Shown here: positions 59,040 to 64,000 of the stretch, piece by piece
How the letters are laid out: the number at the start of each line of letters is the position of its first letter
Position numbering within the stretch: position 1 is the stretch's first letter
Made by a program: the position numbers and the translations under genes
Notes under the pieces: model-generated
What the model saw: only the letters and a program-made list of their open reading frames with translations
Databases searched by the model: none
What the model was told of the DNA's origin: nothing
NCBI GenBank assembly: GCA_965228735.1
Contig: OZ245838.1
Span: forward strand, 5,472,001-5,536,000
Source: Planctomycetota bacterium
Lineage (GTDB): Bacteria > Planctomycetota > UBA1135 > UBA2386
Direction of reading: 5' to 3'
Length of the DNA: 64,000 bases

Positions 59040-59648
59040 ATGGACTGGCCGCGCATCATCGGCATCGCCGCGACGACGATCATCAGTGGCGCCCTGTGTC
59101 TCGCGATGATTCGCGGCGGACTGCAGCCGCCCGTTCTCGTCGGCGAGTCCTACGAGATCGGACCATCGCCGATCGTGCGGTGGTTCGCGATCGGTGCCGG
59201 CGTGCTGCTGCTCGGGTTCGTTGCGTTGTGCCTCGGGCTGATCATCGCGGGCGAAGCGGACGAGGAGCTGCAGCGGATCGCCTGGATCGCCGTGCCGATG
59301 CTCGCCGCGCTCGGCATCGCGGCGCTCTGCGAGTCGCGCGTTCGCTTGTGGATGGACCGCGACGGCATCCGTGGCCGCACGGCGTTCCGCGGCCGGCGCG
59401 GGGTGCGCTGGGACGAGCTCGAGAAGGTCTCCTATTCCAACACCTCGTCCTGTCTCGTCCTGCGCGATCGACACGGCGAGAAGCTGCGCGTCTCCACGCT
59501 GCACCGCGGCCACAACTATCTGTTCGACGTGCTGATCGCGAAGGTGCCGGAGGAGGTGTGGGCCGAGGGCCTGCGGCGCTATGTCGCGCACCGCGGCGGT
59601 CGGATCAACGCGGGGCCGGGGCGTGACGATGCCTCCGGGCCGCCATAG
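59040..59648 (+). CDS. Membrane protein with bacterial PH-like C-terminal domain
   Basis: Three TM helices then DGIRGRTAFRGRRGVRWDEL. Confidence 0.6.
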   Translation: MDWPRIIGIAATTIISGALCLAMIRGGLQPPVLVGESYEIGPSPIVRWFAIGAGVLLLGFVALCLGLIIAGEADEELQRIAWIAVPMLAALGIAALCESRVRLWMDRDGIRGRTAFRGRRGVRWDELEKVSYSNTSSCLVLRDRHGEKLRVSTLHRGHNYLFDVLIAKVPEEVWAEGLRRYVAHRGGRINAGPGRDDASGPP

Positions 59649-59657
59649 GTCCGCCCG

Positions 59658-60527
59658 TCAATCGAGCTCGAGACCGCGCTCTTCCTCTTCGGTGATGCCT
59701 TCGCCGAACGAGTTGCCGAGGTAGACCCGGCGGACCTGTTCGTCCGCGACGACGGTCGCCGAGTCGCCCTCGGCGATCACCGTGCCCTGGTTGATGATGT
59801 AGGCGCGGTGGGTGATGCGCAGCGTCGCGATCACGTTGTGCTCCGTGATCAGGATCGCGATGCCCGAGCGGGCGAGCGCCGCGAGGATCTGCTGGATCTC
59901 CTCGACGGTGATCGGGTCGACGCCGGCGAACGGCTCGTCCAGCAGCAGCAGCGACGGGTCCGTCGCCAGCGCGCGCGCGATCTCGAGCCGGCGCTTCTCG
60001 CCGCCCGACATCGTCTCCGCGATGGAGTCGGCGACGTGCATCAGCTGCAGCTCGTGCAGCAGTTCACGGGAACGTTCTTCGCGATCGCGTCGCCGCATTC
60101 CGCGGGCCTCGAGCACTGCCCGCACGTTGTCGAGTGCCGACATCCGCCGGAACACCGACTCCTGCTGCGCGAGGTAGCCGAGCCCCGAGCGGGCGCGGCG
60201 ATACATCGGCTGGCTCGTGACGTCGGAGTCGTTGAGCCAGACGCGCCCGTCATCGGGCGTGACCATGCCGACGACCATGCGGAACGTGGTCGTCTTGCCC
60301 GCGCCGTTCGGCCCGAGCAGGCCCACGATCTCGCCGGCGTGCACCGTGATGCTCACGTGGTCGACGACCCGCCGACCGCGATACGCCTTCACGAGGCCGT
60401 CGGTCCGCAGGATCTGTTCGCCGTCGGGCGCCGCGGTCTGCGCGAGCGCGCGTTCGTCGCCGGTCGTCGCGAGCGCGAGTTCGTCCGCGTCGTCAACAGC
60501 GTCCCGGTTCTTGCGTTTGCCGCTCAC
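59658..60527 (-). CDS. lptB: LPS export ABC transporter ATP-binding protein
   Basis: GPNGAGKTT, PMYRRARSGLGYL, SGGEKRRLEIARAL, LDEPFAGVDP, VRRVYLG. Confidence 0.93.
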   Translation of the reverse strand: MSGKRKNRDAVDDADELALATTGDERALAQTAAPDGEQILRTDGLVKAYRGRRVVDHVSITVHAGEIVGLLGPNGAGKTTTFRMVVGMVTPDDGRVWLNDSDVTSQPMYRRARSGLGYLAQQESVFRRMSALDNVRAVLEARGMRRRDREERSRELLHELQLMHVADSIAETMSGGEKRRLEIARALATDPSLLLLDEPFAGVDPITVEEIQQILAALARSGIAILITEHNVIATLRITHRAYIINQGTVIAEGDSATVVADEQVRRVYLGNSFGEGITEEEERGLELD

Positions 60528-62164
60528 CGCACCGTACCGAAGCGATCGGGCCAGTTCTCGCCGAGCAGCCAGGAGAACGGGCGGACGGGGTAGAACACCA
60601 TGAGCGCGCGGCCCTGGATGTCGGCGCGCGGCACGAACGACACGCCGCGCGTGTTGGTCGTGTCCTCGGCCTGCCATTCCGTGCCGTCGTCGCTCCGGAA
60701 GATGACCTGGCCGCCGTCGGCCCAGCCGTCCGCGGCCTGCCCCTCGAGGCGCAGGATCTCGCCGTACTCGTCGATCATGACGATCGCGTTCTCGGACGGG
60801 ATCGGGATCGGCGTCTCGTCGCGGTCGGGCGGGTTCTGCAGGTTCATCGCGCGCTTGTTGCCGCGCACGCGGCGCGCGCCCGGGGTGTCCGGCGGCACGA
60901 TGCGGCCGTCGTCGGTGACGCCGACCGTGATCGCCGTCCAGCCACGCGAGTCGATCGACTGCAGCGTGTTGTCGCCCATCATGTAGTAGTGGCCCTCGGG
61001 CACCTTGATGAGCTCGGGCGCCTGATAGCGCGTGTAGTGCAGGTCGCGTTCGAGCACGAGGTCACGGATCGTGAGCATGCCCTCGCCGCTGCACGAGATC
61101 TCCGGCACGACCTTCTGGTCGGACGTGAAGCGCCAGTCGTTGAACGAACCCTGCGCGGCGCAGCCCTCGCGGCAGTCGAACTGCTCGCAGTCGATGCGCT
61201 GCACTTCGCTGCCGTCGACCCACGCGATCATCCGGTCGTCGACGTGGGCGAACGCGAGCCGCACGGGGTCGCCGCCGAGCGCGACGTCGAACGCCTCGGA
61301 CTCGAGCAGCACCTTGTCGCTCTTGTCCTGCACGACGAGCCTGCCCTGCTTGCCGGTGACGATCAGCGCGAACGTGAGCTGCTCATGCCCCTTGCGACTG
61401 ACGTGGAACGCGAGCGCCAGCTCGTCGACGTTGCCGCCCGCGAACGTCGCCGCCAATCGCCCGTCGGGCACGATCTCCGGCGGCTGCATCGCGACGGTCT
61501 TCTCGCGGATCGCCTGGGCGACCGCGGTCGGGTAGCCGTCCCAGTCGTGATCGATGAAGCCGGTGAGCTGGCCCTGCTGGGCCTGCTCCACGAAGCGCAG
61601 CAGGTTGGGGCGGTTGCCTCGCAGTTCGGTCGTGAACTCCTCGCCCTGCTCCTCGAAAGCCTTGCTGGGTGAACTGCGCCAGGTCTTGCCGAGCGCTTCG
61701 CTCTCGTTCCGCACGAGTCGCCGCGCCGGGTAGACCTCCTTCCAGAGATCCTCCTGCAGATCGTCGGGCTTGCGCAGCGGAGTGTAGGTGCGCTGGCCGT
61801 CCGCCTCGGAGACCTGGTAGACATTGCCGCCCGCGATGTGCAGCCAGTCGCCCGGCATGCCGACGATGCGCTTGACGTAGTTCTGGTTCTTCTGCAGCGG
61901 GTACTTGAAGACGGTGATGTCCCAGCGCTGCGGCTCGCGGAACGTCTGCAGCAGCTTGTTCACGAGGATGCGGTCGAACACCTTCGACGCCTGATCGCCC
62001 ATGAGCGTCGGCTGCATCGACGACGTCGGGATCTGGTACGCCTCGATGCAGAACCACTTGAGCAGCACGGCCGCGAGGATCGCGACGCCGAACGCTTCGA
62101 GGTTGGTGCGGATCGGCCCCATGGTCGGGACCTTCTTCTTCTTGTCGCCGGAGTTCGCAGCCAT
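60524..62164 (-). CDS. lepB: Signal peptidase I with large insertions
   Basis: IPTSSMQPTL (Ser), YVKRIVG (Lys), MMGDNTLQSIDSR, IQGRA. Confidence 0.92.
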   Translation of the reverse strand: MAANSGDKKKKVPTMGPIRTNLEAFGVAILAAVLLKWFCIEAYQIPTSSMQPTLMGDQASKVFDRILVNKLLQTFREPQRWDITVFKYPLQKNQNYVKRIVGMPGDWLHIAGGNVYQVSEADGQRTYTPLRKPDDLQEDLWKEVYPARRLVRNESEALGKTWRSSPSKAFEEQGEEFTTELRGNRPNLLRFVEQAQQGQLTGFIDHDWDGYPTAVAQAIREKTVAMQPPEIVPDGRLAATFAGGNVDELALAFHVSRKGHEQLTFALIVTGKQGRLVVQDKSDKVLLESEAFDVALGGDPVRLAFAHVDDRMIAWVDGSEVQRIDCEQFDCREGCAAQGSFNDWRFTSDQKVVPEISCSGEGMLTIRDLVLERDLHYTRYQAPELIKVPEGHYYMMGDNTLQSIDSRGWTAITVGVTDDGRIVPPDTPGARRVRGNKRAMNLQNPPDRDETPIPIPSENAIVMIDEYGEILRLEGQAADGWADGGQVIFRSDDGTEWQAEDTTNTRGVSFVPRADIQGRALMVFYPVRPFSWLLGENWPDRFGTVR

Positions 62165-62253
62165 GTCGGTGCGCGCAGGTTAGCGGCTCGCCACGGCCGG
62201 AAGGAAGGGGCGGCCGGGGCGGGGAGGCGGACTGGTCGAGACTCCAGCCGACA

Positions 62254-63198
62254 TCAGCCCCCGATCACCGCCCGGCCGGCGTTGCTCGCCGTGAGGCCGA
62301 GCGTGTTCGCAGCCGGATCGAGGCAGTAGTACTGATTCACGAGCTGCAGGCCGACGAGGCCGGGGTTGGCGGGGAACGTGGCCGGCACGACCGCCGTGCC
62401 GCTCGGGCCGACGGTCGTGAACGTGTTGACGAGTTGTTCGGCGAGGACCTGGCAGCCCGGTGCACCGAAGCCGCCGAGGTCGAACGGCAGGGTTTGTTGC
62501 CCGGACATCGAATCCGAGAAGCCGAACGTCAGGATCGCGAGCGCGCCGCTCGGCACGTCGCTGAGGTGCAGGTCGAACGAGCTGCCCGTGAGCGGCATGC
62601 CCGACCAGCACAGCCGCGGGATGCCGGCCGAGCCGACGCAGCCCTGGCCGTAGATCTCGTAGTGGCCGGCCGCGCCGGTCCAGATGCGGAACTTCCATTG
62701 CCGCGACGAGAACGGTCCGTTCCAGCTCGCGCCGCCGTTGAAGCTGCCGCGATACTCCTGCGCGCCCGGGCCGATGTTCGCGGCCGAAGCCTGCGCGCCG
62801 TTCTGCGGTCCCCACACGACCCAGAACGTCTGCCCCTGCAGGAGAACGACGGGCGTCGTCAGCAGCGCGCCCTGCCAGCCGTTGCGCGTGCACATCTGCC
62901 AGCTGCCGTCGCCGAGCGACGTGCTGGGCGCGTTCGCCGCGGCGTCGTGGTCCCAGAGCGCGATCGTGTTGAGGCCGGTCCGTTCGCCCGTGAAGATCTC
63001 GACGCGCGTCGCGACACCCGTGACCGGCATCTGCGTCTTGATCGCGAACAGCAGGTTGGGGCCGCCCATGCTCACGTTGTCGGCGTAGGTCGGGTTGTCG
63101 AACGCCGAGTGGATCGTGACCACCTGGGCCGTTGCGAGTTCGATCGGCGCGAGGGCGGCGCTGGCGAAGATGGAGAACGTGGCGATCGTGCGGAGCAT
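62254..63198 (-). CDS. Secreted protein with shared C-terminal domain
   Basis: Signal peptide ...LATAQ; YGQGCVG..LPFDLGGFGAPGC..LVGLQLVNQYYCLDPAANTLGLTASNAGRAVIGG. Confidence 0.82.
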   Translation of the reverse strand: MLRTIATFSIFASAALAPIELATAQVVTIHSAFDNPTYADNVSMGGPNLLFAIKTQMPVTGVATRVEIFTGERTGLNTIALWDHDAAANAPSTSLGDGSWQMCTRNGWQGALLTTPVVLLQGQTFWVVWGPQNGAQASAANIGPGAQEYRGSFNGGASWNGPFSSRQWKFRIWTGAAGHYEIYGQGCVGSAGIPRLCWSGMPLTGSSFDLHLSDVPSGALAILTFGFSDSMSGQQTLPFDLGGFGAPGCQVLAEQLVNTFTTVGPSGTAVVPATFPANPGLVGLQLVNQYYCLDPAANTLGLTASNAGRAVIGG

Positions 63199-63360
63199 GG
63201 CTGATGACTGGCGGCGGGTGGCTGGTGGCTGGCGGTCGATGGCAGGTCGCTGGGGGCCGCCGAGTGTATCCGCGGCCCGAGACGGTGATGTCGCGACCGT
63301 GTCCCGGGGCCGATCCGGGAGCGGATGGGGCCGTCCACCGTTATCCTCGTCATGATGAGG

Positions 63361-64000
63361 ATGACGGTGTCGAAGGAGTGGCTCGTCGCGCTGGTCGCCC
63401 TGGTTGCGGTGCTCTGGACCGGCGGGTCGGTCGTCGCGCAGGCCGAGCCCGCCGCGCCGGCCGAATCCGCCGGGAGCGCGACCGTTGTCGTCTACGGCCC
63501 GCTGATGGAGCCCGTTCCGAACGCGCGAGTCGTCGTGAAGACCGACTTCGACGAGGTCGTGCGCGAAGGCAAGACGGACGCGAACGGAGTCTTCGCGGTC
63601 GAGAAGCTGCCCGCGGGGTCGCTCTACGTGCACGCGAGCGCGCCGGACATGACGACGAGCGCCGCGGCCCTCGTGCCGTCGGTCGACCCGAGTTACCCCT
63701 CGCACGTCGACATCCGGCTGTATCCGGGCGCGGTCGTTCGTGGCCGCGTCGTCGACGCGGCCGGCGACGGGATCGGCGGCGCCGAGGTGATCGCCGGCGC
63801 CGACTATCTCGCCTACCAGATCTCACGGCGGCGGCCGCCCACGGTCGTCGCCGACAAGGACGGCTACTTCGAGCTCACGGGTGTGCCGCTCGGTGAGGTC
63901 GTCGTGCGGGCTTCCGCTGCCGGGTACTCGTTCGGCGAGTCCGCGCTCTACGTGCGCGAGGATGCCGAGGCCACGGTGATGTTGCGCGCCGGGCCGGGGC
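63361..64000 (+). CDS. Secreted protein with carboxypeptidase-regulatory-like repeats (partial, runs off the window)
   Basis: MTVSKEWLVALVALVAVLWTGGSVVAQ; TDANGVFAVEKLPAG; VRGRVVDAAGDGIGGAEV; ADKDGYFELTGVPLG. Confidence 0.8.
   Translation, partial: MTVSKEWLVALVALVAVLWTGGSVVAQAEPAAPAESAGSATVVVYGPLMEPVPNARVVVKTDFDEVVREGKTDANGVFAVEKLPAGSLYVHASAPDMTTSAAALVPSVDPSYPSHVDIRLYPGAVVRGRVVDAAGDGIGGAEVIAGADYLAYQISRRRPPTVVADKDGYFELTGVPLGEVVVRASAAGYSFGESALYVREDAEATVMLRAGPG

Overview
High-GC (roughly 70% by eye) bacterial chromosomal window, most likely from an uncultured Planctomycetota lineage. This is inferred from a TIGR02999-type ECF sigma factor paired with a TPR Ser/Thr kinase, a PVC-type N-terminally extended GreA, a large-insert LepB and many secreted proteins. 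It holds about 55 genes, mostly housekeeping or metabolic: sbcDC, a dicarboxylate/amino-acid symporter, a hybrid histidine kinase, liuB/liuC-like genes, M28 and S8 peptidases, MoxR-DUF58-transglutaminase, greA, fliC, lptB and lepB. I saw no rRNA, tRNA or CRISPR array. Top observations: (1) Two ORFs (24968-25387 and 25412-26164) are in frame across a single TGA that sits at the redox-motif position of a thioredoxin-like, SelN-like fold and is followed by a SECIS-like hairpin, giving a candidate unannotated secreted selenoprotein. (2) Seven otherwise unrelated secreted proteins share a C-terminal domain of about 110-130 aa that may be a lineage-specific sorting or anchoring signal. (3) Two catalytically degenerate PilT paralogues, one with a MshEN c-di-GMP module, lie upstream of a stand-alone sigma28-type flagellin. 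(4) A decayed integron-cassette array lacks an integrase. (5) Other points are a 152-bp tandem repeat upstream of greA, a MITE-like inverted repeat and an in-frame TAG in a methyltransferase. Family assignments come from motif recognition only, with no database searches.
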